The notes below the pieces were generated by a model. The model was not told the DNA's origin. It saw only the letters and a list, made by a program, of their open reading frames with translations, and did no database searches. From the NCBI GenBank assembly GCA_038496445.1, contig JALMLS010000079.1, forward strand, positions 62,001 to 126,000: a stretch of DNA of 64,000 nt. The letters are read 5' to 3'. Of the stretch, positions 12,480 through 29,106 are shown piece by piece (position 1 is the first letter of the stretch; every line of letters starts with the position of its first letter). The DNA comes from Trichosphaerium sp. ATCC 40318 (lineage: Eukaryota > Protista > Tubulinea). The translations under genes were made by a program, and so were the position numbers.

Positions 12480-12960
12480 TTTAAACCAATGATTGTACCT
12501 GAAAGACTGTACTTATTTCTATCAGCTCTGGCATAACAGTTTGCAAATCACTACAAAACATTAACGACCACAACAATACAATAAGGGACATACTTGATGA
12601 GTTGCCGTAGTGAGCCAATGCGGTGTGCTGTGTCTGTAGCTCTGTAACATTGAAGAAATGAATGGAATGCTCCTTGAATATCATCAGGTCCTTTTTTCTC
12701 CTCTTTCCAACTGCTGCTTTGTGCAGTGCCTGCTCCGCTCTGTTCAAAAATAAGATGTGTGCTCACATATAAGCCAACTACGCACCAACAATTTATGGAC
12801 CAATTGTGCTTGATGTTGTTGCTTCACTTGTATCTCTTCAAGTGCAGACCTACCGGCATACAAATAAGCAAAACAAATGACTAGAGAGGACACAAAACAA
12901 CCAAAACGCGACTTGACAGGTGTGCCAATGGCAGTGCATGTATGGTATTGTGTAGCTGTT
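12480..12960 (-). pseudogene. Spliced gene fragment with a hydrophobic segment, apparently truncated next to the transposon island
   Basis: GT-AG-joined exons give KSRFGCFVSSLVICFAYLYAVGLYVSTHLIFEQSG...LRQLINDLQTVMPELIE; no clear start or end. Confidence 0.3.
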
Positions 12961-13150
12961 AAAAGTGAATCGAGACGTACAACACTTGCTCTGACCTGGC
13001 GCGCTTTTTACGTTTGACGGGAGGGTACACTTGACCTACAGAGGCCGCAGCTTTTCGTTTTTTAATTTGTTCAAACTTAGAAACGACCTAAAGCTGCGCG
13101 ATCAACATAACCCTCTTTTTTTTTTGCTCCTTTTAATATGCTTTAGTTAT

Positions 13151-13625
13151 GCCGACCAAAAACGATGGGTACCTTTATACAATCGGATGTTTCGGCTTCC
13201 GTCCCACACGTGCAAACTACACGAAACAGTGCGTTCTTCAGCGAACTTGATAGTACGTGTATCCGACACTCCACGCGTTGCTTTTCGCTCTCGCCATCGA
13301 CTTTTAATCCGCTCTTGGCCTTTATACGGTACTGAAACGACGTACTGCCGTTAGCCACCTCGGTTTGGCTGTCTGCGAATACCAGCTTGCAAACGGGCTT
13401 TGTGTAAGTAAGTGGTACAAGCATTGTAAAAGGTGAGCCCTACAACTACTGTAAGTTGCGGTGTGACGTTATAATTACGTACTCTAACGGCGTAGTGAAC
13501 TGCAAGTTCCTCTGCGTTGCGTATAATATTTTCGCTGTAAGGTGTGAGTAGTGTGGCTGTCATGTTTGTATGAGATGGCAATGCCATTGGCACGGTTAAG
13601 CCACCCGGAAAAGTCGGCTTTTTTT
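13151..13625 (+). ncRNA. Candidate ~470-nt structured ncRNA ending in an oligo-T tract; family unassigned
   Basis: Terminal helix GCCGAC(13151-56)/GTCGGC(13613-18) directly followed by T7; many internal helices with G-U pairs favouring the + strand; no splice or coding signature. Confidence 0.55.
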
Positions 13626-13841
13626 ATTGTTTTGTCTGTAGCGCTCCTCTATTTCATTCAAGTACAAGTATAACACCAATTTAACATAAAATTAAAGAGT
13701 AACAATAAGGAGGAGATAGAAAGAAGACTATTGGTTGGAATGTACACAAACTTTGTTTTTTTTTTCAAGTATACTACGTTGCAACACAACTCTGACCGAC
13801 TGTGAACAGGCTGTGTCGTGACCCTTTGTTTTTGACATCTC

Positions 13842-16399
13842 TCATGCAACAAGGACAGAGGCAAAGTGACGAACGTCACGATCTGGATCTTCGACCAAAC
13901 GATCTAGCACTGGCGGTACGGTTGTCCACTTGTCGCTACCAGCACCGGCCAATACCGGCTTCAACTCTATCAACGTCTTACAAACGTTGAAGCGGATGTT
14001 TGGCACTCTGTCCTCAGCCATGGTCAATACAATTGGCAACAGAGATGTGACTGTGACATCATCCCCTACATCCTTGGCGAGAGCCTACAATAAAACATTA
14101 ACCTTTGCGTGAATGCCTGCGAAACAGGTGTAGGACATACCGTAATGGCAAACAAGCATGTTGTTCGGTAGAGGTAATTAGAATGTTTTGATAGTTCAAC
14201 CAAGCGAGGTACAACATTGCCTTGACACCAAACAGCACCAAAAATGCGTGTAATCTTTTGGAGGTTTTCAATAGCTGCTGTGCGAATAGAAAACACGCTA
14301 TCGCTCAACCATCCGAAGCACAAAACGCCCAACTTTGCATCAAAGAATTCAACACCCTTATTGAAGAAACGGTTAGCTAACAGTTCAACCATGTGCCATT
14401 ATTGCTCACCAATTGCTCTGCTAAGAGTGGAATACTTTCAATAACAGATAGTCTAACTCTCCAGAGTTGGTGGTGCGCCAGCTCAGAAATTGCAGCCAGT
14501 AAGTGCTCAGATAATTCTTGGTCGCCAATTAAATCTTTTACTTCCTCCGCTTTGCTAATGATACCTAAGACATCACTTACTCCTGGATTTCGATGCGAGT
14601 CGAACACTTATGCCAAAGTGTAAAAGTACGTACCAAGGCGAACTTTAGGGTCTGTATCGGCCAGCAGTTTGAAAATTAATGGCAACAAGTGTTCCTTCGT
14701 CTTTTTCATGCCAAAAACGGGAGCAAGCGCCATCAAGTTAGATGCGAGAGCCACTTGCAAAATCGTTAATATTGTCACAAACAAAAAAGAGAATCAACAA
14801 CAAAGCACGTACTTCGCACTTCTTGGGAAGCATCTGTAGCTAAACTAGGTAGGCAGGGCAAGATATTTTCTACTGCTTGCTCGTTACCAATCATCTTAGC
14901 AATACCTGCCACTTCTCTAGCAGCTGCAGTTCTTATTTCTGGCTCTTTATCACTCAATAGCTGAATAAACGCTGGTTTGAGGTGCTCTGCCATGAGTACA
15001 CCACCCAAAGCATTTGCTAGCTAAAAACAAGAACAATGAGCAAATGCAAAACAATATAAAAAGAAAGGCAGAGAGGAGGAAGCCAACGTGCACCAAAGAA
15101 AAGAAACTCAAAAAAAAAAGACTAAAAGAATCACGTGCATCTACGTACATTAATGAAGTCATCTGCAAGTGCATAACGTACACGCCACGACTTATCGTCA
15201 GCGCATTGCTTTATTGCAGGCATTATTAATTTTATATTTTGTTCTTTGCTCAATCGCTTCGCCAAAGCGCCACAACATCCTACGGCCATTATGCGCACTG
15301 AATCTTGCTCATCAACGACAAGAGATGAGAATATTGGCAATAACTAGTAGAAAAGATTAGCACAGGAATTGGTAAAAAACAATGTTGTCTGCGGCTCAAA
15401 TTATAAATGTGTGCACCGAAGGCAATAAAAATTTTGGATTCGGTACCTTGTCCGTGACAATACTAATGTTGGCAGATGCAATAACAAGCTTTAAGTGATC
15501 GCAAGCGGAACGCCTTACCATAGGTGTGGCATCATTACACAAGGTGGTGTATGTACTAAAAAAATGATTAAGCAAGTGCTGCGGCAAAAGGAACACCAAC
15601 CAATTTAAGGTTTTTGTGCACAAAAAAGGGGTAAAAGTAAGAACCAAACTGCAATTTTTCGTGAAATTATTTTTGGTCGTAAACGGGCTAGTCGTTTCAA
15701 AAATTTACATTGGTACATACCTTGTTAGATTTGCTTTGGTATCGTCATCAACACTACCGTACAGTTTGGCCAAAAGAATAGAGCTGGACATTCGCGAAAA
15801 CCAATCACCATCAACCAAGCGTAAAGCCAATTCTACAACTGGCATGTTGGAAGACATTTTAGAAGAAACATCTAAGAGCGATTGTACTGCCTAAGTTTTG
15901 AATTTAGAAGGGGACCGAAACTTTCACCTCTTTCTGCAGAAAAAAAAAAACACCACACAGCATTTTTTTATTGCTGTTGTTCCCCTCTTGTGTTTTCAGT
16001 TCGCAGATTGGTGATTGTTTTTGGTGGTAAATAATAATAACTTGCCTTTGTTCTTATGGCAAGTTCTTCGGCGGATGCCAAACGCTCTAGGGGAATAAGG
16101 ATGGCAACGGCATGCTCCGGTCCGCCCACGGCGCTTAATAATCCAGGTAGTTCTTCGGCGAGAGCTAGTAACGCTTGGTCTTCATCGTCTACGTTATCTA
16201 ATTACAGTTTAAGCGTTTTTGTGTCTAATTTCTGCTTTCGCCAGAGCGTACCAATTAAGATTGGAATAAGCTCTTCTCTCAATCGCTCCGGTCCCAATGT
16301 TGTGGCGATTCCAGCCTTTATGTCGCGAATTGTATCAACTCGCACTTGAACGTCATTCTCGCGGTTCAGGCTATCCAAAACTCGTTGTTTATCGTCCAT
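13842..16399 (-). CDS. PPP2R1A: Protein phosphatase 2A scaffold (A/PR65) subunit, HEAT repeats
   Basis: LGPERLREELIP, DATPMVRRSAC, DEQDSVRIMAV, DKSWRVRY, WRVRLSVIESIPLLAEQL, WLSDSVFSIRTAA, DRVPNIRFNVCK, DPDRDVRHFA. Confidence 0.93.
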
Positions 16400-16997
16400 C
16401 TTTAGAATAGCTCAGGACAACTTTATCTTTAGATCATAACCAACGCTAAATTTATTGCTTAGAACTTATTGAACCACTAATTGTGCGTGTAAAACAAAAG
16501 GCAAATCAATAAATCTCCATTGCGTTGTGAAATGAAGGCAGAACAGATAGAGAGTGTTAAAACGTACCAGGTTTGCTGTGTATAAAGTTGTAGCAAGCGA
16601 AGTGTGCGGTGTAGTTGAAATAGCCTGACTTTTTATCGCTGCCTGACAGAAAAACTAACGTGCGCCCTACCTATGCTCTCGCTCCCTATAAACATGCATC
16701 ACCCTTAGCATAAATAAAGAGTATTATATTTTAAGTGCATGATTTTTATGAGCCAAATGACATGCAACTTTAATCGAGTAGAAGTCACACTGAAAACAAA
16801 AAGGAAACGCAACAGAGCCCCCCTCACGCTTTTATCATGCACCATTAAAACAGGGCACGAACATTGCCTTGATTTTGTGTACTTGAGACGTGAAGCATAT
16901 GTTTAACCAAAAACGCACAAATTTTTTTCGACGTTGTGTTTTTTATGGTTATTTGTACAGACAACAAACTTGATACACTTGAGAGTGTTTTTAGCGC

Positions 16998-17827
16998 ACT
17001 ACGCTAGCGGCCCCATTGGAGGTAGTGTCTCACCAGGACTTAAGAAGTACTCAAAACCCAAAGCGAAAGCTGCCATGCCTAGACAAAGCGCGAAAACATT
17101 TAACAAACCATAATGTGACAATCAAACGTACCAGCGCATCCAAGAACCATAGGCATAAATCCGCCGCTTGAAGATAATATAGCACCTATACAACAAAAAG
17201 TAAGAGATTGCAACGCTACGATAAGTATATTGAGAAGGGATTCTTACCTGTGATACATCCTCCTGCTGTGTTGTTCCAAACATCGTGTTTGGCTCTAAAT
17301 TTCCCAATACAGCACTCCAAAGAACTCCACATTAAACCAATGAATGCGAAAGTTTTAGCATTTGCCCAGCCTAATGTTTAAAATGACAACTTGCGCTTGA
17401 TTTATGCACTCAAAATGTACCTTGACGCCCAGACATACGGAGCCAGTGTAAAGTTTGTTGACGCGTGTTTAGCTTCTCGTAGTGTTCCACATAGTCTAAT
17501 CGTATCAATAGGCTTGCCAACAACAATACTGGCGCAAAGAGAACGAAAATAGAGTGAGTGTTGCGTACATGGTCCTCCTTTTATCATGTAGTCGCTTGTC
17601 ATGTGTCCACTAAACAAAAGGGCGAACCCAAATCCAAGTGGGACACCTAGAACGCAATTTAAGATGCGTTTTTGTTTGAGGCAAATCAATAATCATTGAT
17701 ACGCACCCACTACGCCAGCGAGCAATCCGTGACCAATACAACTTTCTTGAATATGAATAACACCTCTTGGGCCAAGAACTGTGCCCAGGACATCCGGTGG
17801 GTTATCTATGTTCTCAAACTCTGCCAT
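16998..17827 (-). CDS. TIM22: Tim17/Tim22/Tim23 family protein, Tim22-like
   Basis: ESCIGHGLLAGVVGVPLGFGFAL...NAKTFAFIGLMWSSLECCIGKFRAKHDVWNNTAGGCITGAIL...GMAAFALGFEYFL. Confidence 0.8.
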
Positions 17828-17946
17828 GCATGCGTTTAGTTGAGTTCATACAGAGCTACAGATAAATACCTTAATTGGTGTGACATTGCGCACACTTAAT
17901 ACAATAGAAACGGTACAAAGGGCCACGTAGGCATCATACAACTACT

Positions 17947-20900
17947 ATGATTTCCTCAAAGCTCGCTTATGATCCCGTACAAGTTGCTCAGTTAACTGAC
18001 ATAGCGGTGAGATCGAGCATTGACAACTACAAATCTCTAATACAAGCCAGGACATCATGAAAGCGCATGAGATGGTTGCCAAAGAGTCTAAAAGTGCTAA
18101 AAAGGAGCTGGATGTTTTATTTGAACAGAAATCATCTGTTCAGCCTCTCTTTCACAAAATTGATCTTATTCCGTGCGTGACATACGTAAAACAAGGGTAT
18201 TTAGTTTTACGCTAGAGAAGAACTGTCAACCATAGCCACAGAGTATGGAGCCTTAGCAAACTCTATCGCTGATACTTCTTCGCTCGCCGAGTCACTCACC
18301 AGCAAATTGCGCGTTCTAGAGAACCAAAGGGAGCGCATACAAGAAGCACACGAACGAGCGTTAGATGTCATAAATTTGAAGGTTGTCAACATTCGCGAAT
18401 ACCACCGGTTTTTAACTGTTTTGCAAAGAAATGTGTGGTTGGTGTCAAAGAAGCCATGGCTGCCTCCGACTGGGATGCGTACGTAAATACTTCTCTACCT
18501 TGACTTATTGCACGTGTTTACGTTGACACGTTGTTGGCAGCGCAGCAGGGTATTTGTCTCACTATGTTGACATTTCGTGTTCTGTTCTTGCAAACGAGGA
18601 TGCTGCTGTCATTGAGGACGCCAAGCAAAAGCTTAAGGACATAGCAAAACAGCGTTTAGATGCTGCCATACACGAGCGCAACACTGAGCAGATAATCAGG
18701 TTTAGTTTGAATTTTGCACACGCCACGCCACAACTGACTAATGCGAGAATAGGTTCTGTAAACTTCATATTCCTCTTGGTTTGAAAGAGGAGGGTCAGTT
18801 TTGTTGAATAATCCGCGCGTTGTCTAGACTGCTGAGCTTTTTTTTCTAGGCATGAAACGTTACGCTGCACACATTGTTCGCATTACTGAGAGCAATATAA
18901 AGGCGCTAAACGATAAATTACGCCAGCATAAACAAACTACGGATTCGGATAAGCGCGTGAGTTATGCTGAGGTGATTCAAAGAGCGTCTGTACGGCATGG
19001 CATGACTTGCACCAATTCTTTTTATTATTAACCTGTCATTTCTTCAAGGTGATGGCTGCAAGAGAAATACAAGCGGCTAAGCAGACATCTCTGGCACCAA
19101 AGTCATTTGGTGTTGATGGATGGATAGCTATTATTCACGGTGTGCATCAAGTAACTCAATCCTACTTTTGCGACTGGATTAAAAAAGCAATAAAAGAGTG
19201 GGACATTGGCAACGTACCTCCTGCTGTGCCAACTGAGGTACAATTGTACACTATTTTGAGCTAGTGCTTACACAGGTATTGTAGAAGACAATGGCTCTCA
19301 TACCTGTAGTGCTACATCAATTGTGCGAACTGGCGCGGATAGTCAACTACCACGTGCGCTACATGGGAGAAAAGGCGAAGGTATAACTGTTTTGACTAGC
19401 TACCTATCTCCTGTTTAACATTGTGTCCACAGGAAGCTGTAAAACCTGCAGACGGTGAGGACAGCCCACCAATCATATCGTCTTCGTCAGCAGCTGGGTT
19501 AGTGAACATTAAAAGCTGTTCACAACTCTTGCAGAGCTTACAGAACGTCTTGAGTCACTATAAACGGATTGAACGATTCGCTATTCAGACTGGCACAGAC
19601 AAGGTACCTCCTTTTTCTGTCTTGTTAACGCCCTCGTGTTACCGAGTGCTAATGATGATGTATAAAGGCGATAAAGATGGACACCACAGTCACTGGACGC
19701 AAGCACACGTCCATGGTTGATAATACATTCTTTGTCCTTAGGGAGAGTACATTCAGGGCTCTAGGTACCCAATCACTTCAAACAATACGGGAGCTCGCAG
19801 AGGTTTGACCTGCTTATTCTCAATTGTCTCTGACAAAAAATGTTATTAGGCTATAGCTGCCGAATTACAGCGCAGATTTTTGCGTGAAATACAAGAAATG
19901 ACACCAGGTATAAACAAACGCTGCGCACCTAGTTTTGTTTAACGCTAATGTGGTTGTGTTGGATTACAGGTAGGAATATGGTGTCATCCAACTTTACTGG
20001 AAATTTTTCTCGTGCCGTCAACTTGCGATCGCAATTGGTACACAACCACCACCACGTCGCCCAATGCTTACTAATGAGGGTCTTATTGTAGCGCGCGTTG
20101 AACAACCTAGAACAGAGCTCAGAGTACATACTTCGACTGAAGATTGACATTGAAGTAAATTGGCCACTTCCAGCCAATGATTTGGAAAAAATCCATGGCG
20201 TCTTAGACTCCCTCGCCAAAACATCCAAGAAGTACAAAAACATATTACAGGTACTACACCAATGGTCGCGGCGTGAAATAATATTTGCATGATAGAGCAA
20301 CTTGGAACTACTAGGCAAGGCCGTTGTTGCAAAGTTGAAGCCTCACCTCGATCTATTTAACAACCTCAAGTTTGTCCTGTCTGAAGTACGCCTTAGTTCG
20401 ACACATGTTCAAAGCCAAGTACTGATTCCGCAACTAGGCCGAGTATGCTGGCTATCAGATTAACGATCCGTTTATGCAGAACTTTGTTCAGCAATTGGAT
20501 CCAACACTCCAACTCTATGCACAAGAACTAACTGAATCTAATTTCAATGGACTTTTGCACCTGCTAGCACGTGCGTTGGCAGACACTTTGGAAAAGAAAA
20601 TATTTTCGATACGGTTCAACCAGGTAAGCCAAGTGCTTTGCACTGCATCATCGCTCTTTGTTTTAACCTTGTCATCTCCCACCTTAGTTTGGCGCTTTGC
20701 AGCTTAATAGAGACGTACGCATGTTGATGACATGGTTCTCCCAACGCGTACCTGCAACCCGTCGGTCGGTTAGAGATAAATTCCAACGGTTGAATCAGAT
20801 ATCTCACATCCTCACAATTGAGAACGCACGTGCTCCTTTTTCGTTACGCGTTTACACATCCCCGTCTTGCTTACACCCTACATAGGCAAAGGAGGTTGTA

Positions 20901-20984
20901 GGATCTTGGGACACAGAGCCTGACATATCTTGGCACCTCACAACCACAGAGAGAGAACAAGTTATCCGCCTGAAAGTAGATTAA
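17947..20984 (+). CDS. COG4: Conserved oligomeric Golgi complex subunit 4
   Basis: TSMVDNTFFVL, LNNLEQSSEYI, NDPFMQNFV, FNQFGALQLNRDVR, VRDKFQRLNQISHIL, WHLTTTEREQV. Confidence 0.85.
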
Positions 20985-21119
20985 TTCAATTTTTTTTTTA
21001 CTGTACCTGTACTAAAATTACAAAAAAGTGTATTTCTTAACTTGAATCAAAATTAAGTCAGTACAAAACGTCAATTTGCAGATAATACTCCGTTGTAACA
21101 ACCTAAAATAACGAACATT

Positions 21120-23106
21120 ATGGTATCAAACGTTGCAGTATTACGCATCTCGCTAACAGCGATAGTTTCGCACAGAAAAAGATTCCATTGGTGCTGTTAA
21201 AGTTCCCGCAGATAAGTACTACGGTGCTCAAACCCAGAGGTAATAATACAGTATTGAATCCGGCCGTTAACAACTAGATCGTTAGAAAACTTCAAAATAG
21301 GCGACGCAGGCGAAAGGATGCCTTTTGAAGTCGTTAAAGCCATCGCTATCGTAAAGAAAGCAGCTGCGCGTGTCAACGTCTCAATGGGCATTTTATCGCC
21401 TAAAATCGGTGATTCTATCGTTACAGTTGTAGATGAGGTACTGAACGCCACTAAATTAAGACACTGACACTACACAAGATTTTGAACGGGAAACTAGGCA
21501 GAGAGCACTTCCCTCTCGTAGTGTGGCAAACAGGATCGGGCACTCAATCCAACATGAATGTCAACGAGGTATAGTGCAGCATATTGCGTTTTTTTTCTGG
21601 CGCTGTAAGAAAGGCGCACTAGGTTATTTATGCATGTCGATAAGCAAGTGTTGACCGATTGTCACCAAGGTAATCTCCAACCGAGCGAACCAAATACTTG
21701 GCAAACCACTTGGCGCAAAGGCACCTATTCACCCCAACGATCACGTGAACAAGTCCCAATCGTCGAATGACACGTGCGAACAGTTTGCACGAATGTGTTG
21801 CCGCTAACCAAACTTTTTTTACCGCTAGGTTTCCGACAGCAATGCACATTTCATGCGCTCTCTCCTTGCGCGATACAGTAATCCCTGCATTGGAGCTACT
21901 AGAATCTACGCTAACAGCAAAGGCCAAGGCGTTCATGTCTATCGTCAAGATTGGCCGTACGCACACACAAGATGCAACGCCAGTCACTGTAGGACAAGAG
22001 TTCAGTGGGTATGCAATGCAAATAAAGATGGGTACGAACACTTCAACCAAGACTTTATCCATTTTCGACTTACGCCGCTATCAAGGTATTCAACGCATCA
22101 AAGCCACTTTCCCCAGGTTATTTATGCTTGCTCAAGGCGGCACAGCTGTCGGCACGGTACGTTCTTTACACCTGCACTGTGGAACCTTATACGGTGGTCT
22201 AATCTCTCTTACAACAGGGCTTAAATACAAAACAAGGATTTGATGCTTCTGTGGCAGCTGAGATTGCACGCATCACCGGCATACCATTTGTTACAGCACC
22301 CAACAAAGTACCACTCTCTCGTGTGCTGTCCAAACACCCTACTAACCTCTGCTTTTTAGTTTGAAGCTTTGGCAGCGCATGACACTATCATCGAGGTGTC
22401 TGGTGCACTCAATACAATTGCAGCATCGTTGATGAAGATTGCCAACGATATACGATTTCTTGCGTCAGGTAATTTAAAGCTACTAATTGTACTGGTTTTC
22501 ACGTGCACTGCACGTTTTTAGAAAAACTAACGTGTAATTAAAGGACCCCGATGCGGTTTAGGCGAGTTAGTGATTCCAGCAAATGAGCCAGGATCGTCAA
22601 TCATGCCTGGTAAGGTCAATCCAACGCAGTGTGAGGCCATCACCATGGTTTGCTGTCAAGTAATGGGCAACCATACTACAGTAACGGTTGCTGGGTCCAA
22701 TGGACACTTCGAACTCAACGTATTTAAGCCTGTTATGGTAGCAAACGCGCTGCGTTCTATGAGGCTCATTGCAGACGCCGCAGTTTCCTTCACAAACCTA
22801 TGTGTAGCAGGCATTCAAGTAAATTTACCACGTGTCAACCAATACAAGGAGAACTCATTGATGCTCGTCACTGCTCTAAATCTGCACCCTAACATTGGTT
22901 ATGACAAAGCCAGCAAAATTGCCAAAAAGGCTCACAAAGAGGGCACCAGCCTGAAGCAGGTACACGAACAAATTTTCTCATTTGGTTTCGGACACCCTTT
23001 TATTAAAACATGCGCCTAGGCTGCTAATGCTCTTGGATTACTAACACCTGACGAATTTGACAAGTGGGTCAAACCTGAGAACATGATCGCACCCAGCAAA
23101 TTGTAA
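21120..23106 (+). CDS. fumC: Class II fumarate hydratase ending in PTS1 (SKL), no N-terminal presequence
   Basis: M|FRTEKDSIG...[65 protein letters not shown]; ends ENMIAPSKL*. Confidence 0.95.
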
Positions 23107-23296
23107 AAAAGAAACCACGATGAACCTACATATGTAAAGAATATAACATATTCTATTTCTCCCGGTTTTTTTTATATCTCGATTTAACACAAACACGTGC
23201 ATAAGTTAACGATGTGCCTTACGGACACGTACACTGTTCTTACTTACAAATTATTATCTAGTTAGTTTACACGGGCAAATAAATATTGTACAAGCA

Positions 23297-27162
<3,866 letters not shown>

Positions 27163-27710
27163 TAGCTACGCAATTTAATCGCAGTCGTACACGTCTATAG
27201 TATTACAGCACACTTGAGGCGTTGCTCTACGACAAAGTTGACTCAATAGGTCGACTTAGCTTGAAAACAGTAAACTTGATTTTGGGTGTTTGCTTTTTTA
27301 AATAGGAACTAAAGCCTCGCGTCACTGGTTGTGAGCAAACGATATGGCAATTTATGCTACAATTGGAGCACAAACTTGACACAAGCTACAGCTGACTTTT
27401 ACAGCATTCCATATGGTGGTAATGGCACTGCACGTGCCATCGTGTAGATAATGCCGTTATACGCAACTATTGTATACATAACGGTAGAAAACTTTACAAG
27501 TGTAACTTGATTACAAAGTAGATACAAGAATACAGTTCTCTAACGAAAGCGAATCTGTGCGTTAAAAACTGTTTTGTGTCGAAGTCAGTCTGCTCACACT
27601 GGATAGATTGCGTGCAACGCTAATGTTCCTGGTTGAACTGTTATTCTCAAAGTGGCTTAACAACCTCTGCGCCTTCTCCCATAAAATCACTTCGAAAATA
27701 TGCAAGCAAC

Positions 27711-28920
27711 ATGAGTTTTGTGCTCCTATCAGGTTTTAATGCATTGAGCTGGATAGCGGGAATGATCGGGTGGCGAATGGGTGCCACCCTCGCTTTGGCT
27801 ACCATAGGTACGATATCAGTAAAGTGGAATTGAAAGGTTTTGGTATTTATGTTAATAATTCATAGGCAGAAACCTTTTAAAGATGGCTGTTCGCAATTAC
27901 GGCGGCCCTCTCGCGTATTTGCCCAATTATTTAACAAATTACGTTGTAAATAGGGCCACGCCAACGTACTAACGTGTGTGCAATATTTTTGCGTTAATAC
28001 CAATAGGTTGCTCCTTGTAGGAACAGGGAACGTGGCCACAGGAATTTCCGTGCGCGCAGCATACCTAGTAATTCAAAGCGTTGGTTCAGGTGGGAACTAG
28101 AGTAAAACAAACGTTTTGTTTACTTTTTTTTGTATGCAGGTGCTGCAACCTCCATCATCAGATTAACGATAACTGGCGTAAAGGCGACAATATACGCTGT
28201 AGCAGAAGGCGCCAAGATGATAACCAAACTGCCAAACATGCTAGCACAACAACGTGCTGCTGCGGACGCATCTATTCGCGAGGATATGAACAACAGCACA
28301 GGTAATCTCAATTACAGTAAAACACTTAATTTGAAATGTTTCGTACTAACAATACCCTTCACTCGCAGAGTACTTTGGCGAATGGGAAGTAGTCTCGACG
28401 GCTGAACAGAATACAGATGCACAGGATCCACCAGTAATAGGCGATTCTATATTACTACAATGTTCTGTAGAGGAGGCCGAGGCAATGTTCAAATCTATCA
28501 ACCACGAGGCTGTACGTTACCAAAAAAAGGGGAACGTGATTTATTTGATTCGCTTACTATTGTTGTAAGATTACATTACCAGAAGACGAGTTGGTGAACA
28601 CCTTGGAGAACTCTGTAAAGTTAGTATCTTCTGAGCCAAACTACCCCCAACTGGACGAACCATCGTCTTCAATAGAGTGGACAGACGCCGACAACTTTGG
28701 GCCAAGCCACGAAGGTGAGTCATTACCACGTTTTCGCGTTCGTTGTTAACTGAAATACTGTTAAGAACGCATGCCACTTCAAGCGTCGTATCTCACCAAC
28801 AGTTGGATATCTATTGATGTGAAGCCTCCTTCTGCCCCACCAATCAGCTTTGTGGACGATATGGGGTCTAGATTACTAAATGATGGCGAAGATGCTGAAT
28901 GTAGACCTATGGCTTCGTAA
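27711..28920 (+). CDS. Hypothetical spliced protein with a hydrophobic N-terminal half
   Basis: ATG at 27711, a series of GT-AG introns linking open exons, stop at 28918-28920; no recognised domain. Confidence 0.5.
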
Positions 28921-29106
28921 ACGCTCCCCAGAAAGTTAGTACCACACGCTACGTATGTGGCATTGTAACAGAGTAAATACTGTTTTGTAATTGGTGGAAT
29001 TCCAGGTTTTGTTTTTACCGTATTTTTCCTCCTTACGCGTTTTTCAACACAAATTCCTACCATTTTCTTCCGTTTTCACTTTCAAGGTTTACATTAGCAA
29101 CTACAC

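Noticed and set aside
13306-13325. Similarity to the U2 snRNA 5' end (ATCCGCTCTTGGCCTTT)
   Set aside because: The branch-pairing GTGTAGTA sequence and an Sm site do not follow
15349-15366. U6-like AAGATTAGCA
   Set aside because: It is the reverse complement of a branch site in a PP2A intron; no ACAGAGA box or U6 context
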